A stretch of DNA of 63,534 bases, filler included, from Reticulomyxa filosa (lineage: Eukaryota > Protista > Foraminifera): assembly GCA_000512085.1 (NCBI GenBank). It is 21 parts of 21 records of this genome, joined end to end, with 100 filler letters (N's around TTAATTAATTAA, not from the genome) between each part and the next. Parts side by side here need not be neighbours in the genome. Positions count along the whole stretch, not along the records: positions 26,213 to 27,774 come from ASPP01005742.1; positions 27,875 to 31,860 come from ASPP01028717.1; positions 31,961 to 34,873 come from ASPP01010252.1; positions 34,974 to 41,554 come from ASPP01010295.1; 17 more parts are not named here. One strand, given 5' to 3'. How positions within the stretch are numbered: the first letter of the stretch is position 1; every line of letters starts with the position of its first letter. The position numbers and the translations under genes were made by a program. This document shows, in pieces, positions 26,213 to 37,766 of this stretch. A model generated the notes under the pieces. That model was not told the origin of the DNA. It worked only from the letters and a program-made list of their open reading frames with translations, and searched no databases.

Positions 26213-27774
26213 CCCAGCAAATTGATCCCTGGCTTAATTTCTCCAATTGCTTCTTTTTCTTCGTTTCCAATGATATTTTTTTTGTAGTATTCATACAACA
26301 CCACATAAATTGCTTGTTCTTTCTCTTTCACTTTCTCGTTCTTTAAAATAAAAGTATCAAGTTGTTTGTATACAAATTGAGCCATTTTCAGCTCTACATT
26401 GCTATTTATTTCTGTTTCACTTTTGTTGAACAATTGTGATGACTTCAAGATACCGATATCTAAATAAGATTGGAATCGCTTTGCAATTTTCTTTATTTCT
26501 TTGTCGCTAATCCATTCACAGGTGATGTCATTAATTTTTGCTAACGTTTCGTCACTTGCTTGTTTCATGGCCTCTTCTTCTGAGTTATTTGGTTTCCATG
26601 CTCTAATATGCTCATAAAATAAGTGACTTAATTTTGGATTGCTAAATAAAGTATGTCCTTCCAATGTTGTATAATGCTTCAGTGTTGCTTGCATTTCCAC
26701 GTATACATCATATTTTGGCACATATAATTTAGTATTGTGGAATCTATAATGAGTCGTTGAATGATTATTAAAAGAGTCTTTGTCTTCTGATACAATTAAA
26801 TTAAATTTGTTTGCTTTCTTTATTACATTCAAAGCTGTTTGTAATTTGACACAATTATCACACAAAATAGTAAATCTTCCAACATCAAAAACTCTATTAT
26901 AATCTCCACCATAATCAAAATCAATCTTTTCTAATAATCTCTTCATATCTTTCACTTTAGGTGGTTTCGCCACTGTAATCATATATTTTTGTAATTCTGC
27001 CACCAAATTTAAAACCTCTTCGCTGTTCATTGCAGCTTCACTTCGAATAATTAAATCTCCTATACTTGTTGCACGTTGTCTGATTCTTTCTGCTTTTAAT
27101 GAATATGTCAATCCTGGTTTAATTGGATAAGTACCTTCATAGTCTTTTTTGTTAATATAAACTGGATCGTTATTTATGAAAATGGAGTACTCTGAATTGA
27201 AAAACTTTACCCTTGCAATTGATGTGACACTCAATTGTAAACATTCTGGACAATGATAAAGTGTATTATCTGATGTCAATGAAATATCGCCAAATCCAAT
27301 GTTCACCCATACATAGAATTTTTCTTTTGCTGACAAACACGTTTCATGTGTACAGTAACCCAGCAAATTGATCCCTGGCTTAATTTCTCCAATTGCTTCT
27401 TTTTCTTCGTTTCCAATGATATTTTTTTTGTAGTATTCATACAACACCACATAAATTGCTTGTTCTTTCTCTTTCACTTTCTCGTTCTTTAAAGTAAAAG
27501 TATCAAGTTGTTCGTATACAAATTGAGCCATTTTCAGCTCTACATTGCTATTTATTTCTGTTTCACTTTTGTTGAACAATTGTGATGACTTCAAGATACC
27601 GATATCTAAATAAGATTGGAATCGCTTTGCAATTTTCTTTATTTCTTTGTCGCTAATCCATTCACAGGTGATGTCATTAATTTTTGCTAACGTTTCGTCA
27701 CTTGCTTGTTTCATGGCCTCTTCTTCTGAGTTATTTGGTTTCCATGCTCTAATATGCTCATAAAATAAGTGACT
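26213..27774 (-). CDS. Protein made of tandem [Cys4 zinc-ribbon + RelA/SpoT-like nucleotidyltransferase + helical] modules, truncated at both ends
   Basis: PGINLLGYCTHETC...CPEC, PPKVKDMKRLLEK, RVFDVGRFTILCD, EDKDSFNN..THYRFHN and VYVEMQATL. The order of these motifs parallels the RelA/SpoT synthetase motifs. Confidence 0.78.
26213..27774. repeat. In-frame tandem duplication with period 1146 bp (382 aa)
   Basis: 26213-26628 is nearly identical to 27359-27774; I see two substitutions (YKQ/YEQ and FIL/FTL). The MKQASDET codons start at 27714 and 26568. Confidence 0.92.
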
Positions 27775-27874
27775 NNNNNNNNNNNNNNNNNNNNNNNNNN
27801 NNNNNNNNNNNNNNNNNNTTAATTAATTAANNNNNNNNNNNNNNNNNNNNNNNNNNNNNNNNNNNNNNNNNNNN

Positions 27875-28275
27875 CAAGATCATCCAGGACAATTGAAAGC
27901 CGCAACTAATGACGGAAAAGGCAACTATAAAGGAGGATTCACCCCATCGATTCACATCAGAACTGCTAAAGCTCCTTGCCAAATGTTGGAAATCAAATGG
28001 AAAATGGGAAAAGCAACAAACAATGCAAAAGTTGAGGGCGCAACTTTCATTGAGGCCGGTGACCAAGCTGAAGTCGTATTTGCTCCAAAAATGCCATTAG
28101 TCGTGACATCCTTTGATGAGTGCAAACCATTGGGTATGTTCATAAATAATGTTTATATTTGATTATATAAATAATATTGTCTTGTCTTGTTATCATTATT
28201 ATAGGACGAATGGCTGCCATGGACTCGAACTCGTTGATTATGTTGGGAAAAGTTGTGTCAGTTGAATACAAGTGA
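27875..28275 (+). CDS. EFL: Elongation factor-like GTPase (EFL), C-terminal domain III
   Basis: QDHPGQLK...GGFTPSIHIRTAKAPCQMLEIKWKMGK...FIEAGDQAEVVFAP...CKPLG|RMAAMDSNSLIMLGKV is EFL-type rather than canonical eEF1A. Intron 28134-28204; TGA at 28273. Confidence 0.85.
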
Positions 28276-28958
28276 ATACGAGTCATTGTATTGACACAAG
28301 AGCTTTTAATGAATGATTATTTTGTTTTAATCTCATATTTTAGTAAACATTTTTTGTTTTTGATGTTATCGTCTCTTTATCGTGCAATCGCCACGGTTAA
28401 GCATGAGTTCAATTTGAGTTCAATTTTAATATTTTCCCAAATGAACATCAAATATTCTTAAAAAATTCTTTAATATTTCCAGGTATATTTTGGTGACGAA
28501 AATATTGTTGAGAAGTATAATGTTGCATGCTCTCTTTCGGCATAAATGCTATGTCGCGCAGCAAAGAATGAATAAGAAGATAAAAGGAACGACAATTGTA
28601 AATCGCTTTGCAAAAAAGTAAAATTTTTTTCTAAGCAAAAAGACTTATGTGTCTCAAATTAAACAAGTGTGGTGCCGAAAACTTAGAAGCCAGAGAGTTG
28701 GATGAAACCTAGGTTTGTAACTTTCTGGTCATGGTCTGTCGCATGGCTAACTCATTTTAGGGACCAAAACATAACCGTATGGCTTGTTAGGTTCCACACG
28801 AAGGCCTTACTCCAGAGCCTAGCCTTATTCGTGTAGATTTTTTCATTATAACGAAAAATGAAATTTTTTTGTATGATTATTATTAGAGAGTTCGAATTTA
28901 CTGCAATTTGAAATTATTTATAATCAAAAAAACAAATAAACACGATCACAAAAAAGTA

Positions 28959-30727
28959 TTAAGGTCTTCGTAAACTTATTCGTTTTTGAGGTAAGTTTTT
29001 GCGGAAAATCAAATCAGGGAACAAAAAAGACTTATGATATTCTTCTCCATACAAAGAAGCAACAAATCCATTATCATTGTTCACATTTACATCACTTTTA
29101 TAACTCAATGGGGTACCTGTACAATCAGTAAAGCAACCGCCTTTAATTGAGTTGAATATTGCATTTATTGCACATGTGTCCCATTTTTTGGTGCCAAATT
29201 GTGGAAATAAAAATACATCACATTCTTTTTCAATTACAAGCAATCCTTTATTTCCAGCTCCTCCAGCATTTATTTGTTCATCTAAACGACAAGCACGCAA
29301 ATATGGTTTAACTTCATCATATACATGAACACCACTACTTACTGCCCTACGAGGCCATTGATTTGTATCCATATTTTTTCGTAATGGAATTGATTTCACA
29401 ATATCCTGATGAGTTAGCATGTGTACATAAGGTTTAATATCTTGCGTATTTTGTTCGTTATAACCATATGTAAAAACTCCTGTGTTGCAAATTCCAACTA
29501 CAGTAATATCCATAAAAGGTCTGTGAACAATACCAGCAATGCATTCGCCTGTAGTATTATTGGCGATTCCAATTAACACTGTCACCGACTTTGTATCTCC
29601 TTTAATAAACGCCTTTGTCCCATCCAATGGATCCACCCATACAACTATGTCTTTTTCTGATATCGACGACAATCCTGGGTTCACATCTACGACTTTATCA
29701 TTGGCATCTCTTAACTCACTATAAGGATTATCTAATATATGCTCTGTGTCTTCCTCAGAAAATTCCTCTCTCGCTTTAAATTTGCCATCGCCTTCTTCTG
29801 ACTTTATTGTCAACTGGTTATATATATATTTTTTATGTGTACATCACCATTTGTAAATATTTGTACACACGCATATGCAAGCAAGTAATATGAAGCAAGA
29901 AGGAAGAGAGAGTAATTAATCCGTTCATGTGCAATGATGGATACTATGCATTATATACATATAAGTATATATGTGTTGTATACTCTTCTCTCCTACTTGT
30001 TCTTATAACCTGCCATCTTTAATTTGAAGAAAAAGAAAACAATGAGAGAAAAAGAAAAAAAAAAAAAGAGGCGTAAAACTGCAGGGAAATGATAAGCCAA
30101 GTTTTCGACAATCCATGCATTCGCAGTGACATCGGCAATTGTGCGGGGATCCAATGATCTTAATGAAGTTTGCTGCACTAGTTTGGGCGACATTCTCACA
30201 TCTTTGATTGAAGGTTTTCGACGATGTCGTGGTGTCGACTGTGCCGAGCTTGTCCTGCTTTCACTTTTGTCCTCGCTGTCGCTTACTGTTTCAAGTTGTG
30301 GTGGTTGTTGTGACTGCTGTTGCTGTTGTTCTTGTTGTTCTTGCTGTTGTTGTTGCCTTTCTTTTTCTTCGTCCTTTCGTCGCTCTTCTTCAATTTTTCG
30401 TTGGATATATTCCTTTTTTTTTTTTTTGTTAAAAAAAAGGGTGCATATGTTCACTAAATCATTTCGCACTACTCCCCCCTCCTTTTTTTCTAAAAAAAAA
30501 AAATGTATAATTACCTCAATTTCCTCTGGTGTTCTCTTGTCCTCATATTCCACATTCCCATCGTATTCTGTAAATATTTCTCGAATTGCTTTGCCAGCTT
30601 CAATCGCCAATTCCTTGCAGGTCGCGATTAAGCTTACCATATCGAAGCCTGTTTTTGTTATTTTCACATTTGCCTATGATCGGCCAATATGCGCTTTTTT
30701 GACACACTAACTTGTAGCTTGAGCCAT
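28959..30727 (-). CDS. 3'(2'),5'-bisphosphate nucleotidase / inositol polyphosphate 1-phosphatase (IMPase family)
   Basis: DPRTIAD, KSEEG, VWVDPLDGTKAF, GGAGNK and KKWDTCA motifs across at least three exons. The start is uncertain. Confidence 0.85.
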
Positions 30728-31145
30728 TGTTCGGTCTTAGATCGATTGGGGTTTTTTTGAGTTTTGTTTCCCTTCAAATTGTGTTTGGCAAAAAAAAAAA
30801 GGTCTAATGCAAGTCATTGGCTACAAAAAAGGATCGCAAACATTTGAAATTGAAAAGAATACAGGATTGCATATACCATTGGTACAAAAGAGTTTTCAAT
30901 TTAGTAAAAAAAAAACTATATGTTAGCTTTCAACATAGACTTTTTTTGAAGGAAAAGCCTAACCAACGAGAGAAGGAGCCGAGGAAAAATATTTGTTTGT
31001 AAAATGTTCCAATTTTTGTACAACATTGAATAGTGACACAAATACGCAAACCAAGAAAAAGGAGAACTCGATCTTTTTGTTGTGAATGGTATAGCGTCGC
31101 AGACCGTTGATATTCAAGGGAGGAACACTCGGAGCAAAAACGTGT

Positions 31146-31860
31146 TTACAAAGGTTTTCCTTGTAACGCTTGAAGTTTTGTGTGATCCACATGGTCCAGC
31201 CACAGAGTGTATTCCTGCGGAGAGATATTTTCGTCATTGTTTGTATCCAACTCAGCAAAAACGCGTTGCGCAGCCTCGTCAGAAATGCCTTTCGAGATGA
31301 AATGGTGAATGAATTCGTTTTTACCGATCAAATTGTCTTTGTTTTCGTCGAGTGCAACAATGTCAATGGTTTTGAGTTTTTCCATTAACAAAAGCTCGTC
31401 ATTTTGCACTTGCACATCGTTTTCGACAGCGACCGTCGTCATTTCCAAAATGTTTTCCGCTTCAGCACTTTTCTGCGGTTCAACCAAAGTGATTGAAGAC
31501 GTATGATCTTCTTTGTCTTTTTTTTCTTCATCCATTTCTCCTATTACTTTGAATGATGTCAACATAAACACAAACATACACACATATATAAATATATATA
31601 CATATACATATATATATATATATATATATATGCATATATATGTACATAAAATATAAAACTCGAACATTCCGTATTGTTATGAACAGTAGTAGTTTGAGTT
31701 GGTGGATGATCAGTGGCAATGGCATTGCGATTGTCATTGACGTGGTCGTCTTGCACTGCAGCTTTGGCATGGTCTGAAAGGGGTGTTTCTCCGCCAGGAG
31801 TGGTACCATCTTGGGTGACTTTGAAAGACAAGGTCATTTTGGCCTTTTTGATTTCCACGG
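31146..31860 (-). CDS. EF-hand calcium-binding protein, 3' part
   Basis: Paired EF-hand loops DENKDNLIGKNE and DTNNDENISPQE. TA-rich intron at about 31545-31662. Confidence 0.78.
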
Positions 31861-32010
31861 NNNNNNNNNNNNNNNNNNNNNNNNNNNNNNNNNNNNNNNN
31901 NNNNTTAATTAATTAANNNNNNNNNNNNNNNNNNNNNNNNNNNNNNNNNNNNNNNNNNNNTTACTTTGTTCAAAAAAAAAAAAATAAAAAAAAAAAAAAA
32001 AAAAGATTAG

Positions 32011-33447
32011 AAAAGTTTGGCGTGGTCCGAAATGAATTGACGCATGCAGCACCGGAACTCGGGCCGATGAAGTTTGATGGGAATGATGGCCATTGGATAG
32101 TGGAATGGTACAGCAATGTTTGGAAAGGGGGTGCAAAGATTTTGAACTTTGAATTGGAATACAAACAAACAATGGACAGCACGTGGACCCGTCAAAGTTG
32201 CGAGTATTTGCACAACGTCGGGATGCATAAAAACAAGCAACACGCGCGCATCGACGCAAAGTCGCTGATCGATCCAAAGGGCGAGTATGTGTTCCGAGTT
32301 CGGTCCAATTTTGTCGATGGAAAGCAATCGCTTTTTTCGCCGGTGCAAGTGTTTAAGCCAACCCCTTTTGCGTCGACTGACGAACATAAGAATGACAAGG
32401 CACGTATTGATGTCGGCGATAATAAGGATGGTGATGATGATAATAGTAATAATAGTAATAATAATAATAAAAGTGATGATGATGACACTGACAAGAGCAA
32501 TGAAAATGATAACAAAATTGAACTTGAAAAGGACAATGCACACGAATACCTGAACGATCCCAAGATCGAAATGAAAACAATTCGAATCAGTTCGAACCTC
32601 ATCATCTTGTTTTATGATATCAATTTGACATTGGACCCGTCCATCGTAAGTGGTGAAAACCATGTCGAAATCCGCATTTTATCACTTGACAAGAACGACA
32701 GCAAGGCGCAGGCGTCGTCGGATCAATCCAAACAAATGCACGTGCAATCGATCAACGACAATATCCAAAAGGCCATTCAAACAAGGCTCAAAAAAGTCGA
32801 ACTGGAATATCAAATCGGAGATCTGTGTCCCAGCACACCTTATCAATTGGTTATGACCTTCAATGCTGGGCCTTCCAATACCTATTTTTTTCGAACTTTG
32901 AGCAAGCCTAATTTTACTGGGTATATTTAACAATATATACATATATACATATATATATACATATATGTATATATATTATCTTCAAATTACAAATTTAAAT
33001 AGTCATTGGAGTTTACACTCCAACGTCAACCTGGACCCGTTCCTCAAGTCCGAAGGATGGCTTTGGGTTGCACGCAAAATGGCAGCCACGGCCAACATTG
33101 ACCAAAGTATTTATCACGATGTCAAAGAAAAAACTTTTTCCAATGTTGTCGCTGAAGTTCGCGGGTGTTACCAGTACCAAGTCACTATTGACAAAGACTT
33201 TCAGGAATATTGCACTCTTTCCAATGAAAAGGCCAAAATCAAAGCGTGTTGGAAAGATTCCACTCAATGCGTCTTGGATGAAGTTCGTGCCTATCCGGAC
33301 GGGCATCAAATCATAAGCGAACGCTGGCTGTTCAAAGACCACAATGCCCCACACGCACTCCGAATGACCTTACACTATGTTAATCAACACGGCGTCACTT
33401 TAACGAGGATTTTTCAAAAGGAGCCCGATGATACTTTGGGACAATGA
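32011..33447 (+). CDS. Fibronectin type III repeat protein with a C-terminal FABP/lipocalin-like domain
   Basis: FN3-like VEW...FELEYK...LIDPKGEYVFRVRS and IGDLCPSTPYQL. Splicing intron 32921-33002 gives NFTGHWSLHSNVNLDPFLKSEG..WVARKMA...GVTLTRIFQK, a FABP-type pattern. Confidence 0.7.
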
Positions 33448-33672
33448 TTCTTTTTTCTTCCATAAAATTGTCCAAAAGAAAAATGTATGCGTTGGCAATT
33501 TTATTTTTTTAGATGAATGTTACACGGTGAAGGTTTATACCATCATAAATGCTACAAAAAATTTTTAATTACATGAAATTAGTCGAGTTTTTTTTCAAAG
33601 TTAAAAAAAAAAGACTGACATTCACTTTTCTCTTAAGCAAAGCAGAAGCACATTAATAATATTCCAAGCAAA

Positions 33673-34277
33673 ATGAATTTATTTCGAAGCAAATTTCAAT
33701 CCAAGATAACTGTCATCCCAAAGCAAATGGCGATGAATGTGGTGCAATTAGGGAAGACGTCGTTGGAAAAACAAAACGGTTACTTGAGAAAGGCAGAGTT
33801 TGCATCGTTTTGGGTGGCAATGGAAGACGGTACAGATAACGTGGTGGATTATTTGATTTTTTTGTTGCAAGCATTGTTGCAACATCTGTCGAATGAAAAG
33901 AAGCATTGTATGTTTTTTTTTGTTTTTGCACAGACATATTTTTTGAACATATTAAGTGGACATTACTTTTTTTTTTTTTTTCTTCCCTCCCCCCCCCCCC
34001 CTTCCACGATGCAATTTTGAAATGATAAGTGGTAAATATAACTTGTTGAAAAAAAAAAAAAAAAAGCTATATCCGGACAGGCGCTACTGAACACAATAAA
34101 TTTCCTAATCTTTTGCATCGGAATCCCACAAGACAAGCAGCAGTTGACAGACGTGATGGACAAGTGGAACAAATCGAAGCAAAAGTATGAGTCCAAGACG
34201 TTGCCGGCAGCCAAAGACGTAAGTAAGAGTATACCCTTATGAGCTTCCAATCCTCTTCTTCCGTATATTATATACAT

Positions 34278-34309
<32 letters not shown>

Positions 34310-34830
34310 GTATATGTATATGTATATATAATATGCATAGTTATACACTACTACATGCATCGATTTACGAAAAATATACATATATACATAAATACATATA
34401 TGCTTTGTGTATTTGTAATATATGTTTTCAAACGTTGGAAAAAAAAAAACAACACAAACAAGAAAACATGGAATAGATGCTGGGGGTGTTATACAAACTG
34501 ACGGTGGAGAAGTCCGACATCGTGGACACAGTGATGACGTGGACGTACCAATTTTACAACCACGACGAGCTGGGCAAACTTGCTGTGTACTTTGAAAACC
34601 CGACGATTATGCACATCTTTGCAACTCGCAAGAGCATTGGCTCGCAACAGGCCGATAAGGCCTTCTTTTGGGAGTTTTTGAAGCGACACAGCGAGAACAA
34701 TCAACACTTCAAAGAGCTGCTCAATTTGGCCGTGGTCAAGCTGCGAGCGCTGACTGGAACTGTGCAAATGTTGCCCAAATTGGCTGAGCAATCTTTGTTG
34801 GGATTGGTCTTTATGCTTTCCCAATGGGTT
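33673..34830 (+). CDS. Hypothetical alpha-helical protein, 5' part (three or more exons)
   Basis: Exons at about 33673-33908, 34068-34218 and 34477-34830 have coding-like composition. No domain recognised. Confidence 0.55.
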
Positions 34831-34973
34831 GGATACGTTTCGTAGTTTTTTTTTTTTTTTTTTTTTTTTTTTTNNNNNNNNNNNNNNNNNNNNNNNNNNN
34901 NNNNNNNNNNNNNNNNNTTAATTAATTAANNNNNNNNNNNNNNNNNNNNNNNNNNNNNNNNNNNNNNNNNNNN

Positions 34974-35009
<36 letters not shown>

Positions 35010-35010
<1 letters not shown>

Positions 35011-37766
35011 GTGTAAATGCAACGCGTTGGGATCGAAAAAGCCTAAGTTTCGATGCGATAAACCGTGGCGAGACGCCAAAAGTGATAAGCGGGGCAGGAG
35101 ACGGGTCAGTGAAGATCTGGGAGTATGTGAACCAGGAAGAGGCAAAGCCAGTGGATCTGGAGGACAAGAAGTGGGAGGAGTATTACAAAATTCGCAATCC
35201 GTTTTTCTCACGACAATTGAACTGTGTGAAGACGATCGATATATTGAAAGGAGACCCCGGCAAGGTAAGACTGATAAGTATAAGTGACAATGGTGAGTGG
35301 ATTGCCGTGTTGAGCGAGAAGAATAGAATGGACACAGAAATGAAAACATTCATTTCGCTATTCAAGCGCGACACAATGGAAATCGTGGACGAAGTGAATC
35401 TATTAGAAGGATGTCCGAATTTGCGTTTCATTTTTTGCATGACATTTTATCGTGACGAGTACCTACTGTTTGGCACGATGAATCATAATGTATTGTGTTA
35501 TTCCATGACCCACAAGGAGTTTTGCACAGCACCTATCATACCCATGGAGGATCATGACTACAATCCAGCAGTTGCTATTCAATGGATCGAAGGTATTGTG
35601 TTCAGCTCTTCCAAGACCAAAGTGATTGTGACTGCATTGAGTTCGACGCGCAGCTTTATCTTTGTGCGCGACTGCAAAGAGGTGGATGACATTTATCGCC
35701 GTTGGTGGGCGCAAAAGGACGAGCAAAAAAGCAATGCCGACGCAAAAGCCGATGCGACTTTGCAGGAAATCACCAGCGACAAAGAGCTCTTTGCACGAAG
35801 TTCCAACATTGTCGTCGGCGTACGTTACCGCTTGCAGCACTCCCAGTTTGTCCACGACGACAAGTGGATCGTCGCCGGAGATGGCAATGGAGAGCTTCTT
35901 TGGTTCGCCAAGACCTCGGCCGTCGACCCGGACGTCTTACAGGAAAGGCTTGACGATATGAAACGCACCAGGGCTTTGATGCTGGAGCAAAATCGGGGTC
36001 TTTTTGAGTTTGAAAGCAATGAGCAACAAGGTCTTTTGTTGGGAAGAAAGACACAAATTAAAAACCTGAACAATTATTCCCAGTTTGCTCATATTCGGAA
36101 ACACTTTGCTGCAGTGGTTTGTTGATGTTATATACGTGCGTTTCTTCAAAAAAAAAAAAAAAAAATGTACATTAACGTATACGATTGATTTGAAAACATT
36201 ACATTCCGATGTACTGGAGAGAGATCAAATGGGTTGATGGGGGGGGGGGAATTGGGTATAGCATGAGATTCGATGGATAGAATCAAGCGATATTGTGGTG
36301 TCGTGTGGGAACGACGGAAATGTGAACATTTGGTCGTGCTCGACGGAACCGGATTGGAAAGTATACTGCGTGGCGGCGGTGGAGAAACCAGGGGGGAACC
36401 GTGCGTTTGAGATTGGAACGCTGGACATTGTGTCGAATCGCTTCTTCACGTCACCGCTGGTGTTTGGTGTGCGCAATGCAATGGTGGGCGTGTTCAATGT
36501 GTATGACCAGTTGGTGAGCACGTTGCGCAAAATTAAGCAAAGAGAAGAGGCGTCGCAAGCTGTGCAAAGTCATGACCATGTGAAAAGCAAAGATGCACAG
36601 GACGAAAAGGAAAGTGCGACAACTGGCCAAATCCACATTTTGTCCAAGTCTTTGAATCTGACCTCGGAAGACTTGAAAGCGGCAGAGAAATTCCAATGGG
36701 ACGTGTTGCGCGCGTGGCTCGAAATGTGGAGCTCACGTGGACCCATGATGTCCGCCTTGGAGACCATGGCGAAACCCATTATTGAAAACATGATGGTGGA
36801 CAAACGCAAGTACACGCAGGCGTATAAACACTTATTGGAAACCGAAGCAGACAAGCTGAACAAATTAAATGACCAAGTCAAAGGCATGGAAGAACGCCTA
36901 CCCAAAGGGGAACTCATTCAAAACACTAGTGATCTTTTAAACTTGTATGCACGCGCCGTCAAAGTGCAACGCGTGCTGGTGAAACTGGCCACTGATATGG
37001 CTGATTACTCTTTGATTGATGGCATTTTCGAAGGCGACCCCGGGGTCAAAGGCTTGGGACGCTGCTGCGAAAAAATGGTTTTGCGAGCTTTTCAACTACT
37101 CGGATGCAAACTGCCCCCTGATTTTGATCCCAAAAACATCACCCTTGACTATTCTTCTTCCAAAGATTTGGCCAGAGCCGGATTCATGGTCAGAGATCTC
37201 AATAATATCTACTGGGGTTTGTCTTTGTTTTTGTTTAGCAAAATGTCATGTTTTCATAATATCTTTCCTCTCCACCTGCTATGTGATCTGTTTGTTTTTG
37301 TGCTGCTGCATCTTTTGCATCTTTATAGCTCTGACCAAATTAGCGGATGCTGAAAAATGGTTCAAAATCAAAGTCAAAATCCTTCGCGTGAAAAATCGAT
37401 TTGCTTCCAAAGACTCGGAAAGTGGCTACCGGGATGTAATGGTCAACCTTTCTTTTCCTGATGTTGATCCTGATTTTGTTGCAGAATTGCAAATTCATCA
37501 CAGCAAATTTCATGAGATCCGTGCTGAGGGATCTGGTCATCAAAACTATGATGGTATATCTATTCTACGCATTTTTTTTTTAAGGAGAATATATACGTAC
37601 CAAATGGTTTTTAAATTATTCAAACAAAAAAATAAATAAATAAAAAGCGGCACGATTTTTGATCGACTTCGTTATGTTAATGGCAAAAGAGGGAAATCCA
37701 AGCACCAAACAAGATGAAAAACCACTGTTGCTGCAACAGTTAGTCCAAAAACTTACTCATTCATAG
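35010..37766 (+). CDS. WD40-repeat protein with a C-terminal RelA/SpoT-like nucleotidyltransferase domain, 5' truncated
   Basis: WD40 motifs ISGAGDGSVKIWE, VAGDGNGELLW and VSCGNDGNVNIWS. C-terminal motifs PGVKGLGRCCEK, SKDLARAG, RVKNRF...SGYRDVMVN, VAELQIHH and GHQNYD. Introns 36117-36261, 37217-37328 and 37554-37647 keep the frame; TAG at 37764. Confidence 0.8.

Noticed and set aside
26213-30727. Operon-like linkage of the RelA/SpoT-like gene with EFL and the bisphosphate nucleotidase
   Set aside because: A spacer at 27775-27874 separates the contigs, so the adjacency is artificial even though it is functionally suggestive.
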